A stretch of DNA of 64,000 nucleotides from Perna viridis. Taxonomy: Eukaryota. Of the stretch, positions 13,601 through 26,900 are shown piece after piece (positions within the stretch are counted from its first letter, which is position 1; every line of letters begins with the position of its first letter). Made by a program: the position numbers and the translations under genes. The DNA lies in NCBI GenBank assembly GCA_037379345.1, contig CM074515.1, forward strand, positions 8,308,001 through 8,372,000, written 5' to 3'. The notes beneath the pieces were generated by a model that saw nothing but the letters and a program-made list of their open reading frames with translations, was not told the origin of the DNA and made no database searches.

Positions 13601-15982
13601 TCTCCTGTGAAAGAGCTACATGTACCTGTACAATGGTTGTTTTACTTGAGACAGAGGGAGCATATTTATTTGTTGTCCAAATATATCATATAAATATTGC
13701 ATATAATATTCCAGAGAAAATATGGAACAGCCTAGAGAGTTCATGTTGACCATACTGAGCAAATACAAAACACTATTTATTGTACTTACATGTAATAAGC
13801 ACATCATATACATTACTTAAACATGTGGGTGAGTATGCTGTTGTTTATGTTTATGTCATACAATTATAATTTTTTATAAATATTCATGCCATTAAAGGCC
13901 CTTGAGGGCCTTTAATTGAAAAATAAAAATTCTTCTTCCTTCTTCTTCATTATTACATAGTTTATCATATGTAAAAATATAAAGTTATTAATTGGGTATG
14001 GACATTAGTCTTCTGAATGTAAATATGCCCAAATAAATATCAAAATGCTGCAAAACAATTTTTTTCCTAATATTTATATATTTTACTATGTTATGAACAA
14101 TTTTTATGTTATTAGAACAAAGTTGATATTATTGGGCATTTTCATAGCCTAATGTTCCCATACCTTTACCTCCAAGAGTGACTTTTTAACATCCTAAATT
14201 ATTAAGGTTCACCAGAAGAAATTGACTTGAGTAAATGTAAAGTAAGCAGCAATAAAAAATCAAAGACTGAAGTCTTCTAAGTTGCTAATCGTCAAATATT
14301 CTCTGTCACTGATATGGTTTACTTTCAACATCTGAAATGGCACGATTGTGATATCAAAATCAAAATCAAGTGACTTCCGCTAAAACCTTGGTTCCCTTGA
14401 TATGATTGCATACTCTTTCCTAACCATGATATTGATCAGGGAAACAGATTAGGAGCAAGATTAAGCAATTGGCAATGAATATTCATAAATATCTGAGCCG
14501 TTCTAATGTATAATGACCTATATAGTCTTGTAACGATCTCCTGTACCTGAATCAGAAACTGGGTAATGTTCAATGCTAACCGAACATTTCATGTAAACTT
14601 CCCGTTCTCGTACATGCTAGAAACATACATGGAACACATGTGTATGATACTAAAGAGGTACATTTTTATCTCATATAAAGCTAGAACTATGATGCTATGG
14701 TGGAAAACACAGCGAAGATCTGCAGCATTATGTGATGTATGAGGACTTTCTCCTTCAAAGAACTATTTTTCAGAGTTATTCCAATTTACCTATTGGTCAA
14801 AGAGTAACCTTTCCCCAAGCCTAAGCAAAGGTATCAATGTTTATAGTAGAAATTATCGTCTACCACAGGGCCCAACTGCACAATCTCAATCATTTTCCTT
14901 ACTGAACTTTTACATTGGAACATGATAAAATGGAAAACACTAACATATGAAAACAATTACCCTTTCATTTGGGAACAACACAAATCAAAGTATTTGTAAA
15001 CTAGCAGTAGCAATATACTCTACATCAGTTCCAAGCCAATATTCGATTTAATCATGTTTTTCTTTAGCCGTTCTTTCATTCAAGCAGAGTTGTCTTTCTT
15101 TTTATTTGTTATGCATTTCTCATTTAAAAAAAAAACAAACATCAGTACTAATTATTAATATGCATAATCAAAAAGAATTTTATAATTCCTTACAAGAAAT
15201 TCCATTATAATTGCACCATTTTTGTTGCTAAGTACTGCCTGTTGACAAAATGTTGATAATTTTGTTTTTTAATTTCTATATTGTCATAATTGTACTTTCT
15301 CACGAATTTGAAAATAAACAATTATTTAATAGGAACATTAATTTTCAGAAGAATTTTTGACACAAAATAAGGCGGTAAATATTTGTTTTCGTCAAACTAC
15401 CAACAACCCAAAATCGTCTTGGTAACGAAATCATGCCTGATTTGACATGTTAACATTATGACCTGGATTTAAAATGACATCAGATTTGGACAATTCACAG
15501 TTTAAGGAGAAGCCGCTTTGTGATATGAATGAGCGAGTTATTTAACACATTTTAAATATCAGTAGGTGTCAGTAATATTTTAGACCAATTTTTATTTCTA
15601 ATTTGAACAACCACTGGTCAGGGTACATTGTAGTCTACTGGTCAAGAAGCAGTTCTTGCCGGCAAGTAATTCTCGCCAACCGATTTTTCGTCCTCTCTGG
15701 GGAAATAAGTTCATGTCAAAAGTTTAAGGAAAAATGTCTAACAGATTGCTGATTTCGCTCTCATATATATTTTGGTGATCAGATAATTTGGCGAGAACTG
15801 CTTCAACTTCAAGTTCAAATATCAGAAATACCCTTACCGGCAATGCGCTGTGCATGCGTTTTCTCCTCTTCAGGTTCTATCTTTCTTGGCCAGTACATTT
15901 TTGTTCGAACAAACGGTCGACACGCAGTAGTAGCTGAAACATTACATAACAATTTAGTGACTGATCTTGAAATGCGAGCCAT
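4373..15982 (-). CDS. MRPL38: 39S mitochondrial ribosomal protein L38 (mL38, PEBP-fold), 8 exons, 414 aa
   Basis: Exons 15838-15982, 12713-12871, 11782-11990, 11295-11413, 10505-10663, 8160-8296, 7002-7089, 4373-4601. All introns are GT-AG with compatible phases (1245 nt total). Translation has a mitochondrial-presequence-like N-terminus ([12 protein letters not shown]) and mL38 motifs [84 protein letters not shown]. Confidence 0.95.
4650..5040. repeat. Dispersed non-autonomous repeat (Helentron/HINE-like); related copies near 8885-9165, 10715-11150 and 30660-31200
   Basis: Internal ~165-bp duplicated unit (ttttctaa.tccaagggc..taacttct.taaaaatcattcaaccataaccaaagt) followed by a (GGAC/GGAT)-type microsatellite and a short hairpin. 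Confidence 0.5.
5735..5863. repeat. 36-bp minisatellite, ~3.5 copies
   Basis: Unit tacacctaatcatgacggcaaaccaagttgaatggt; the pattern resumes at 6728-6758 after the RTE insertion. Confidence 0.8.
5864..6727 (+). mobile_element. 5'-truncated, decayed RTE-clade LINE in MRPL38 intron 7
   Basis: [36 protein letters not shown] remnants; (AAGT)n tail; approximate TSD tcataacaggca / tcatgacaggca. Confidence 0.8.
7002..7089 (-). CDS. MRPL38: MRPL38 exon 7
   Basis: [28 protein letters not shown]; GTAAGT donor. Confidence 0.92.
8160..8296 (-). CDS. MRPL38: MRPL38 exon 6
   Basis: [45 protein letters not shown]; GTATGT donor. Confidence 0.93.
10505..10663 (-). CDS. MRPL38: MRPL38 exon 5
   Basis: [38 protein letters not shown]; GTAGGT donor. 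Confidence 0.93.
11295..11413 (-). CDS. MRPL38: MRPL38 exon 4
   Basis: [40 protein letters not shown] (PEBP core). Confidence 0.93.
11782..11990 (-). CDS. MRPL38: MRPL38 exon 3
   Basis: [11 protein letters not shown]...[21 protein letters not shown]...[11 protein letters not shown]. Confidence 0.93.
12713..12871 (-). CDS. MRPL38: MRPL38 exon 2
   Basis: [23 protein letters not shown]...EKSARERT; AG/GT boundaries, phase 1-1. Confidence 0.9.
15838..15982 (-). CDS. MRPL38: MRPL38 exon 1
   Basis: ATG at 15982; [28 protein letters not shown]...; GTAAG donor at 15837. Confidence 0.85.
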
Positions 15983-16029
15983 GATTTTTTTATAGTTTGT
16001 CGTATAGAGTACTCTCCCTTTGTTAAGGT

Positions 16030-17280
16030 GCGTTAGATTTGTGCACTAAAATATAGTCTGTAACCAAAAGTGAAGAGAAGAAATAACGTACCTAAATACA
16101 TTCAATAAACCGATTCACCACTCTACAAACTGATGTCGTTGAAGGTTACTCGAAAGAGATAAAACAGATGCTGAAATCATCATTCGAGGCATCAATTGGG
16201 AGTTGAAACAGAAAATACCAAGAACGGATATCAAATGAGACACATAATAGCATTGATTTGAGGAAACAACTGAAGATCCTTTATATTAACAAGACAAGAG
16301 CACAATAGCACAAAAACAATATTCTGAGGCGGTTAAGGAGGTAAAAAATATCACTAATAGAGACAAGAGGGAGTTTATCTCCAAAATGACACCTGAAGCA
16401 GAGGAAACATCCAGGCAGAACTGGCAACATCAAAACCCTGTAATAAGTTCAAGAAGTCTAGTAGACCAGTGATGAGTAAAAATGGAAAAACCATAAAAAT
16501 TAAAGAAGTGCAAATGTTGAGATGATTTAAACATTTCAAAGAAATTTTTAACAAACACCCACTATGCAACACATGACGCAGATATACATCTAGCTACAAT
16601 CCAGTAACCAACCAAGTAAGGCAGAAATCAGCAAAGCTATTTATATCAACAAGTCCCCTGGTCCAGAGAATACTGACTGAAGTACTTAACGCAGATCTTG
16701 AAACATCAGCACATATGTCATACGACTGATTTGGCAAAATCTGGAGCGATGAAGATGTACCACAAGTTTAGAAGCTGAAAGGAAGGATACCTTGTAAAGC
16801 TACCGAAGAAAGGTGATCTCAGCATTTGTGACAATCACAGGGAAATAATGCTTCGTCGGTACCAAAAACTGGCAGACAACCAGGCAGGATTCCGTCACAA
16901 TCGATCATTTGCAGACCAAATAGCCACCCTACGTATAATCTTTGATCAATCCCTTGTATTCAATTCATCATTATATGCAGTGTTCACAGGTTCCAAACAA
17001 AAGGTTTTTGATAGCCAAGATAGAGCTGTGTTATGGAATCTTATGGGGCATGATGGAATTCCTGAAAATTTCATCACGACCATAAATGAATACTTATACA
17101 AAAATGCAGCGTCGGATTTTGCGTATAGGTCAGCTAACAGACCCTTTTGACATCATGACAGTGTTAAGACAGTGATGCATGTTATCCCCTTTCCTATTAC
17201 TCCTATTACTCCTACCCGTAGACTGGATTATGACTAAAACAACAAGCGACAGGAGAAATAACATCCAATGGACAATACTT
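16030..17280 (+). mobile_element. Decayed RTE-clade LINE fragment just upstream of MRPL38
   Basis: LVKLPKKGDLSICDN.R.I, QAGFRHNRSFADQIATLRII, VFDSQDR remnants; many stops. Confidence 0.8.
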
Positions 17281-17879
17281 ATTAGGGAGTAAACTTTTAT
17301 AACCACAATAGCTACGAAAAAAAGGGAAGGGGAATCCGATCTGGTTTAATAAGAATTCATGCTTTAAATCGGCACGTTGCAGGTGTCGATATTCTTATAC
17401 TACTCAGATTTAAAAGCCGGGTTGGGATTAACGAATTTGCAACAGGTCTAAACATTTTTGAAGTTAACAAACTTAAATACGATGCTGACAGCCAAAGTAG
17501 TTGACACCATGTCTGGATGCTGTACTAGACGTTTGACCTTTTAGATTCAAATTTCTGTTAGAAAAATTTTTTCTAGGTTAAAAGCAAGAAGTTCATGATT
17601 TGAAGGAGGTAAAATGTATTACGAGGACTAAGACTAGACAAAGAAAACAGACAACGCAACAGAAAACAATCCCACAAATTTACTGAAAAAATGCACACAG
17701 AAAATAAATAAATAAATAAATAAATAAATGTTCATCAGTAGGGTATACGTAAGCATCACCGTCTGGTGTTGAAAAAAACACACACACACGGTTACTCATA
17801 TAATTACAACCTCGGTTTGAACGTCTATTACCATTGTTTTTTTGTTGTTGTCGTAGACATGTAGTATGTAACTCTTTAC

Positions 17880-18620
17880 CTTAAGACAAAAACGACAACT
17901 TTGATTTTCATATTGTGAACTATTGTTTCTCAAGTTGTGGTATTCAAGTTTATGTAGTCTTTGTTTCTCAAAGCATATACGTTTTACATGTTAGTAATTT
18001 ATGCCATTACACTGATTGTTCTTTCACAAAAGTGAAAGTTGCTCATAGATCAAGGCATTGATCTTCATCCGATGTTTTGCAAGAGAAATTAACTGCTCAC
18101 CTTTCCGGACCACCACCTGAATTCATCCCGTTTTTTTTGTTGGTTTAGCTTTCCGTTTTATGTGTGTACTTTTTTTATGTTGCACTATCTGTTCATCATT
18201 CGTTTTCCTTTTGGTGTTCCCAGCGTTGTTTTGTCGAGGGACTTCTCACAGCTTCTACCTTTGGTATAGGTCCATATTCTATATCGCCAGAGTAATGAAA
18301 ATAAGGGTAACAACAGAATTACCAAACACTAATTAGATCCATAATCAAGTCAAGTCCAATAAATAAATCTGGAAAAATATATATTACGCCACCTGAGCAG
18401 CTAGTACCATAGTGGTCCTGACTTGGAACAGGCATTTATAGATCTTTATTTCTCATCACCATATCACATCGGTACTATGGAGATATTATGCATAATATGT
18501 ACAATACTTACAATTTGATAATATGGATTAAATCTAGGTTTTACAGCCGCCAAACTTCCATCTTCAATTGCGGCGTGAATATTCCAGTGGTGATTAAATA
18601 GCATTTTCGTGCTATTGCGT
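17880..18620. mobile_element. Decayed Penelope-like element fragments
   Basis: DK.DNFDFHIVN.. RT-thumb remnant followed by the ctgctcacctttccgga..cacctga 3' motif. Confidence 0.5.
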
Positions 18621-19533
18621 CATATGCGAAAGTGACGAATTATTTTGTTGTTGTATGATTGACCGTTGGCCTACGCTCTTTCTTCAGTGCGGTTCTACCC
18701 ATAAGGAGGATGTTTATTCACAATAAAGGCATCCCACTCTTTAAAAATATTTGTTTGTGATCGAAACTACTTTTAAAATCCATAGTATAAAATGCAAGTT
18801 GCTATCGTTTGTACAACCCAACTGATTTTGTTTTACTTATGTGACTTTTTATTTACTCCTTCATACGAAATGTGTAGAATACTATATATGTATGTTTTTT
18901 ACGTTTAAAAAAAACCCGATTTCCTATAGAATAAGGGGAAGGGCACTACACTGGACTAGGAAATCTAAATGATATATAATAGATAATTGATTTGAAATGT
19001 TTGATATGGTTTATCTAAGTTTATGTAAAATATATCAGAAGATTTATAAACTTTAAAGTCTATTTTCATTTCTAGATATCAACTTTATAAATAAGTATAA
19101 CAATGAGTCTATTTTTTTTTTGCTTTTATGTCGTAAGTACCTTGTAGGACAAATGTATGAGTAATATATGCAGATAGGCACTATATTAGTGGTCAATGTT
19201 AATGATATTTATTTGCAAATCACAATTCAATAGATTTTGTTTCTTTCCATTATAATTGATAAATTTATGTGACCTTTAGTTAATGTGTTCTCTTTTTTGG
19301 AAACATTAAAGTAGGGCTATTCAAAATTACTTGACTTGAATTAATGATTACAAAATTACTAAACGCATACGCCGGATGAGTCGTATATTTAGTGTTAATT
19401 TTCAATAAAAATTAACTGTAAGATAAAAAGTCTAAAATAGGGTATTATTTCTTTTAATATTAATTGTTTTATTTGCTATTTATTGACAAGTTTTAGAATT
19501 CATCTGCTGAGTGTCCTTTAAGTTTGTTTACTT

Positions 19534-20544
19534 TCACTCATACTGGACGTCAAAAATGCTCACTGCTGCTCCATCACGATTAGAAACATACAATTTTGAA
19601 CAGGACCTATTGAATGCTAGTCCATAAGGTTTGTCAACCTTAAGGACAATTCTTTCGTCTTCGCCGCCTGGGGTTAATCTTTGAATGTTTCCTATATCCC
19701 TACATGCCACAAATAAATAGCCACTCTTGTCGAAAGCTATAGCCTCTGGTCCTTTTAATGTTTTGTTTCTGTATTTGAAATATTCTTTTTTAGTCTTTAG
19801 GTCATAGCAAGCCACTTCGTCGAAATCAAACGAAGTATAAAAAAGATTATCATTGGGTCCTCTCTGAATGTACCAAATATAACCTTTGTGTCCTGCATCT
19901 ACACTTGATAAATGTTGACCGGCGTTGTCCAAAATATGGATTTCTCCACGTCCTCCAAGATATACGTAGCTACTGATAACAGTAACGCCATAGCATTTCC
20001 ACTTCAACGGAAGAATTTTGCCAGCCACAACTGAAGGTGATGTACTAATAAATTGCAATGCCTGTCGCGATTCCAAAGTAATCACTGCTTTGTCTCCATA
20101 GTTTATCATCGAAATATCCCATGGTGCACCTTTTAAATGGCATTTTTCGACAAGGGTACCTATTTCGTTGTACACAAGCAGGTGATTGGCATAAACATTG
20201 CAAATAAGAACTCTATTGTCATTTGTTACTACCATACTTGATATATAAATTTTTGATTCAACTATATTGAAGTTACCCTTGTGAGTGAATTTCGGTACTG
20301 GAAGATTGTCATGAGCATTAAATTTTAAAACACTTGATTGAGTGTTTACCTGTGTGGCCGCAAATTGACAACCACGCGAAGACCCGGCTTCGGTAATCCT
20401 GTGTAGCGCGTTTTCAGGTTTCGTTTTATGTTCTTCCAAACATGATGCGCAGAGTCCCTGGTTACAATCAGAACATAAAAATTCTACTGCTATCGATTGT
20501 CCTTTTTGAGAGCACGGATGGCACGAAATAGATTCTGTTTGCAT
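19534..20544 (-). CDS. B-box zinc finger + NHL-like beta-propeller protein (TRIM-like, no RING), 336 aa
   Basis: Intact ORF. N-terminal CHPC...CSDC...LCASC...H...H B-box-type pattern. C-terminal NHL-like repeats (GAPWDIS, CYGVTV, KGPEAIAFDKSGYLFVA, KPYGLAFN...LYVSN). A CAG acceptor 5 nt upstream of the ATG implies a non-coding 5' exon. Confidence 0.85.
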   Translation of the reverse strand: MQTESISCHPCSQKGQSIAVEFLCSDCNQGLCASCLEEHKTKPENALHRITEAGSSRGCQFAATQVNTQSSVLKFNAHDNLPVPKFTHKGNFNIVESKIYISSMVVTNDNRVLICNVYANHLLVYNEIGTLVEKCHLKGAPWDISMINYGDKAVITLESRQALQFISTSPSVVAGKILPLKWKCYGVTVISSYVYLGGRGEIHILDNAGQHLSSVDAGHKGYIWYIQRGPNDNLFYTSFDFDEVACYDLKTKKEYFKYRNKTLKGPEAIAFDKSGYLFVACRDIGNIQRLTPGGEDERIVLKVDKPYGLAFNRSCSKLYVSNRDGAAVSIFDVQYE

Positions 20545-23500
20545 TATACCTGCAAGTAAGACATAACAAATTCATTAAAATTGCTTATTATTAGACCTTG
20601 ATTACTCTTTCAATAATATTAATTTGAAACAGCGTTATAAGGTGGTTATGCACAACCACGAGCTCAATTTATCGATACTAGTCTGTGTAGTACATGGGCT
20701 ATCCATAACAGGCGGACTATTGGCGATAAGGTAAGTGCACATCTTAAACATTAAAGTTACTTAGAAAGAAGTGTGGCTATGAACTGTGGCCATTTTACCA
20801 TGGAATACATGTGTTATGATTTTCCGTCGAACTGAACGAAATTGCAAAGCCTTAAAATGTCGCGCATAGCTCAAATCTTACCCACAATGAATCTGTTCCA
20901 CCATTCGTTTCGTTTAAGTTCTTGAAAGTTTGAATTGTTACACGCTAATTCCTTTGAATGCCTATTTTTTACACTATTGCATTATATTTTTTACTCACTT
21001 GGTTTCTAGATAGATAATTTCTTGTAACGATATTATCTTATTTATCTAATGTTAATATATATCTATCATCTGTAAATAAAGATAAAAAAACTGTGTCTTT
21101 TTCGAAGATTCATGACCATACATATGATAATTAATTTTTACAAATAGATATCTAAAGTCAACTTCCTTGAACAAACCCGTTTTAACCTTTGTTCTGCTTC
21201 CTGCAACATTATACTAACAATAAGAGTACGAGGGTTGGACATTAATGACATAATACAGACATTTTGGGCATTAAAACGATAAATATTCCGTGTTTTCTTC
21301 TTGTATCGTTGTATAAATGTGACCTCTCACTCACAAAACGAATTAATACCGGATGACTTTTTTGTCAGGCTTGTGATTAAATTGTTCGGTTTTACACTGC
21401 CATAACTTTTGGAAAATCGGTGTTTAAATCCTTATAATTTCAATCCCAAAATATCTAACAGCAAATTGACATTAATTTGCGGCAATAAACCGCCAACGTG
21501 ACATGACATCGAAGTGAATGAACAACCAATCATAATGCACGAAAGAGAAGAATGCTAATTAGATTGGAATTGTTAAATACTGAAGTAATAGGATAACAAA
21601 TTTAGTTTGATTACTATCCGCTTTTTGATTTCGATGGAGTTGCCCATTTGCTTTTTTGTACGTGCTATATTGGTTATTATATGTTCATTGTTGCTTCTGT
21701 TTGTTGTTTTTTTGTCGACGCAGTCGGTATAGTTTCGCTTTTTACCTTTGACATTAAGGACGCTCTTCTATGGAAACGCTAGTCACCTGATCGCAATTCT
21801 GTTTCCCGATTGGCCAAACACTGATAACTTGGTGGCGTTGGAAAAATTTCAAATTGCGTTCGAAAAAACTGTATCGAAAATTTGAATTGCGTGCCATGTG
21901 TTATTTTCTTGAAAGAAATGTAGAAACTAAGAAGTACATATATCTTTTTTTTTTAAAGATAGTAAGATAGTACTTGTTTTTCTTCATGTCTGTTTTTTTT
22001 TCTTGGGATTTTATATATATTTAATTTCTGCTCGAATCTTGGTTCTATTGATTACTCTTTCGATGGTTCTGATCTGAATAATAATTTTTCAAACCGCTTT
22101 TGCCTTTTTAACACATTATTTTTTTTAATATCCTCATGTTATTTTATATATTATTGTCATAGCTTCCAATTAGTTCCCAAATATGGGTTTTGTAAGCATT
22201 CCTTATATTTAAGAGGGCGTCAATGAAGAACCCATGGTTTGGGTGGTACATTTCAAATTTTGTTTTAAAAAACATTTTCTGATTTCGACCATTAGAGATC
22301 ACAAACTCATGTTTGCTATGAAATGTATTCTGGTTTGCAATTTACTGAAATGGTAAGAATGAAATAAAATACACAGAAAGTACTGGAAGCTTTAAAATAT
22401 AGGGAAATAATTCTTCGATCTGTTCATAATTTAGTTAATTTGTTAGAAACATTCAACAAATTTTCTGAGAAATCCACTTTTGATACAGAAAAATGAACGT
22501 CTTTCTGACATCATAATGAGTTAACATTATATTGGAATAAAAAAAATAAAATTAAAAAAATATATATATATAAGAGTGAGATAAAATTAACCACATGCTG
22601 CCTATATATTAGGGTCTGCCTGATTTCTACATGGACATTCTATAAAATAGTCTCGGGGTTTCTTACCAAGATTTTATTTGCATTGTAAAATTACTATATA
22701 TCTACTTTTCAAGTTTGCTTGCGATCTTTACTAGATCTCGAAATGTGTATGTTTGCATTTTGGCTCTAGCATATCTTAAAATAATTTTCTGTGTGATTAT
22801 TTTTATCTTTATAGTTGAAATGGTTTGATAATTCATGAGATTGTTTCCGTTGTTTTTGTGCTCCTTCTAATAATTGGGATACATCAAAGTCTTATAATGT
22901 AAATAATTTATATTTGTATCTTTGTCATTATTCTAAAATACGAAAACGAAACAGGATACGCCATATTTTTTTATGAAACAAAGCATAAATATCAATTCAA
23001 TCATATTCATCACTTTTTAATGTCTAATATTTGCTGAAACATCTAGGGGGAGGGGTGTCATTTTAATTAAACACTGTAATAGGGATGGAAATGAAATATC
23101 ATATCTACTGCGAATAATGAACTCCGCGGAGCGCAGCATGTTACGACCGCAGTGGTCGAACACTGAGCAGTTGGGGTAAGTGTGGACGCAATATTAGTTT
23201 TAACACCCTTAAGCATAGTGACTTATAGTTCATTATGGATACAACAACTGGTTTGGACACAATAAAGCCAAAATTTAAAAATTAAAAAAGATTTTTTGGG
23301 GTGTGGCATCTTTCACCCCTTATCACTTAAAAACCGTAAGAGATATCTGATTAAAAAAAACACAGGCAGGAATTTTCACAAGAAATCCAATAAAAAAATC
23401 GGAAACGGATAAAAAAGAACGGATTTCAAAAGGAACAGATTGACAGCTGAATAATTAAACCCGGTCAATAATAAGCCTTTCCTATCAAGTTTAATGATAA

Positions 23501-23979
23501 CACCTACTTTCCCCTTTTAGCCCCTTATTTCAAAAGGGAAAGGGTAAACAACTAGGAACAAAATGTTAAAACTTAAGTTAAACGACGTCAGGGTGATACC
23601 ATTAACTTGCTCATTTGTTCTCTGTATTTTCTTTCTTTGTTAATCGAAGATTGTTTAAATGTCAATTCATTTTTAGCACTGTAACTTTGTAGCATTGTCT
23701 TTCTTTGCTTAATGTCGTTTCTTTTTCTGTAACATCTTTCTTTCACATTTCTACAATAATTAATTAGTAAAATACTTCTTCCTACCCTGAAAGTCGTAGT
23801 TTTCCAATATCTTTCTTTGTTGAAAGACTTAAATCAGTGATTTATACAGATTATATATAAATTAAAACATGTTTCTTTTAAAATCGACATGATCGACACG
23901 GTTACAATGTACGCATTAACATTTGACAAATGAAGAATAAACATGTTACTCATGAGTGTTTTTTTCACTGGAAGATCGA

Positions 23980-26900
23980 GGGGTTGGTATAAAAACAGGA
24001 CGGGCATTTTCCGGTATATTTTTGGCTATAACTTTAATAATTTAATGGCATTACAAAATTAAAAGGATTTCTAAAAAGTACTTTTAAATCATTTAAAGTT
24101 TTTTTTGAAAATGTCGAATAATAAAGCGAAAATCTTGACAAAACGAACTTTTGCTGACAAGAAAATTGCGATGAATAAAGGGACATGTTGATGAATAAAG
24201 TTCATTATTCATAAAATGTGTCATGTTTGACAAATGTTGTTTACTTATTCTTAAAGCTTATACTAATAGGTACATTTTGATATAAAAATTAATTCATTTT
24301 GAGACAGTTAAAATAGAAAAATCTTGACAGGACGGACTTGTTCTGTGATACATGTGTCGTTTTTTTATGAGTTACGGTAAGAAAACATAAAATATCTGGA
24401 TTTTAATTCATGTCTGTCACAAATCCTTAACATATTCTTAAAGCTTAAACATTTTGGTATATTTTGATATACGGTGTATTTGCTATTGAAACATGTTCAG
24501 AAATCAGTTCAGAATTTCTCAGGACGAACTTTTTGTAACAGGAAATTTTCAATTTGGATGTGGGAACAAACAATGTTATTTTTTCTCTAAGTGATAAATG
24601 TTTGTCAAAAAAGTTTTACATTCGTTAAGCCTATATTAAACGGTATATTTTGATATAAAAATATTTAATTTTAAGAAAGTTAAAGGGGAAATATCTTGAC
24701 AAGACGGACTCTTTCTCTTACGTGATTTGTGCATCTTTTTATGGGGATATGGTAACAAAACATAAAATATTTAAAATTTACTGAAGTCTGTCAAAAATAT
24801 TTATCGGAATCTTAAAGCTGTTAATTTGTACTTCATTTTGATATATAGATATTTGAAATCAATTTAGAGATAAATCCAAAATCTTTTCGGGGTGAAAAAT
24901 CTTCATTTATCCATGTACGATGTTCTACGTAAATGCAGATTACTCAACTTATTCCTGGAATGCCAGTTAGATTTATTTCACCGAGTTATACGACCTATTC
25001 TCTTATAAGGTTGTGAAGTTTGGGGCATTGAACATAATACTGTTATAGAGAGGGTGCATCTAAAATTGTGCAAGACCCTAATGCATGTCAAAAAGTCAAT
25101 CCCAGATTTTATGGTTTACGGGGAATTATGCAGATATCCACTGGAAATAAGAATTAAACTGTGGGTCATTAAATTTTGGCTTAAATTAGTTACTGGAATT
25201 TATTATTTGACTTTGCTCTTACAAAATATAGCGATAGAATATTTTGGGTAAAAACGGTTAAATCAATACTGGATGAGTGTGGTTTGTCCTTTGTTTGGCA
25301 CGAACAACACGAACAAAATGAATCTTGGATATTTTTGACAATAAGCAAAGCCTTTTAGACCAATTTCAACAGTCGTGGAACTCAAAAGTGAAAAACTCAC
25401 CTGAATCTCTGAATTATAAATTGTACAAAGAAGATTTAGAAATTGAAAATCATTCCAGAATTTGAGATGACAAAAAAAAAATTCTTACTCTTTGTAGATT
25501 TAGAACCTTAAATAATAGCCTTCCCATTGAAAGTAGGCGTTGGCAAAATATAAGTAGAGAAAATAGAAAATGTCATTTATGTAATTCGGGAGATATTGGG
25601 GATGAGTTTCATTATATGTTTAAGTGCACATCTTTTGATAGTGACAGAAAAAATCCTTCTCGCAGAAAAAAAAAATGTTAAATATTATTAAATCTAAAGC
25701 TTTGTTGAATAGCTCATCACCTTCTGTTCTCAACAATTCATGTAAACTTGTGCGACAAATTACAAAGATGTTGTCTCCAGGGTAGTTCTCTAAATTTATG
25801 TGTGTAGAAATTCTTTATGACTGTGACTCAATATTATTCCTTCCAATACATGTACACTAATCAACTTCTTATGAATTTTATGTATCTATGTAAATTGTAT
25901 TGAATTTGTTCTCTGTACTATAGTATTATGGTGTTTGAGTAATAAACTTTGCATAGCATTTGTACATGATTTGTGTTTCCAAACACTACGGCTTTTAATT
26001 CAATTTTTATAGTCACAACCTACCATGTCCTCAATACCATCGGCCTCACCACAATCTCAATTCATTTTTACAGTTGCGGTTTTTGATTTCACCTTACCTC
26101 CTTGATCCCATTAGTGATTTATGAAACATCCTGAATTCTCCCTTTTCCAAACATGAAATCAAATGGTCTCTCATATATCTTTCTTCGTACTGAATATGAA
26201 GACCCCAGTAAAACCACTTACACAGAATTCAACCGTGTTTGTAATCGCATATAAACCACAATCAGCTGAATTAGATTGTATATGAATATCTGGAATTTTG
26301 ACAAGAAGCCGCGTATTTTGTTACATGTATGAGTGAATCTTTGATAACTGGATTTCCTGAGAAACTGTCAACTTATCAAATAAACTATCTAAAACATAAA
26401 CCTGTTTTTCTTTTTATCTGTTTGGACTGATGTTACCCAATGGTGCTTGCCTGTATGGTGCATTTGTGCTGATTTGCTTGACACTTTTTCAAATTTTCTG
26501 TGCGTTGACCACTTTTGTTTTTCATTGTCAAACACTAGTGCCAGCCAAGTGTCTTAGAAACCCGATTTCTGTGGAAACTGTTTTGTAAAAATTGAATCCA
26601 TGTCTTAACGTTCCTGCCCAAGGTATACTTTGTGTTCAAATGTCTGCCTGGATATGTATATCGTTGTAATCGAGTTTCCTCTTTTCATATGCAGGTTAAG
26701 TTAAGCATGTGGTAATTCTGGACTGACATCTATACATGTACCTGTTTCATTCGGAGTGTCATCTTCCTGTATTGTCTGTAAATTAAATTGTAACTTTTGA
26801 TACTGGAGTAGATTTGCTTGTTCTCTTTCTAATGTTTTTGCTAGTAGGTGAAGATTGACAACGGTTCTTTTTTTTTCAACAGGTTCAAGCCCTATGCGGA

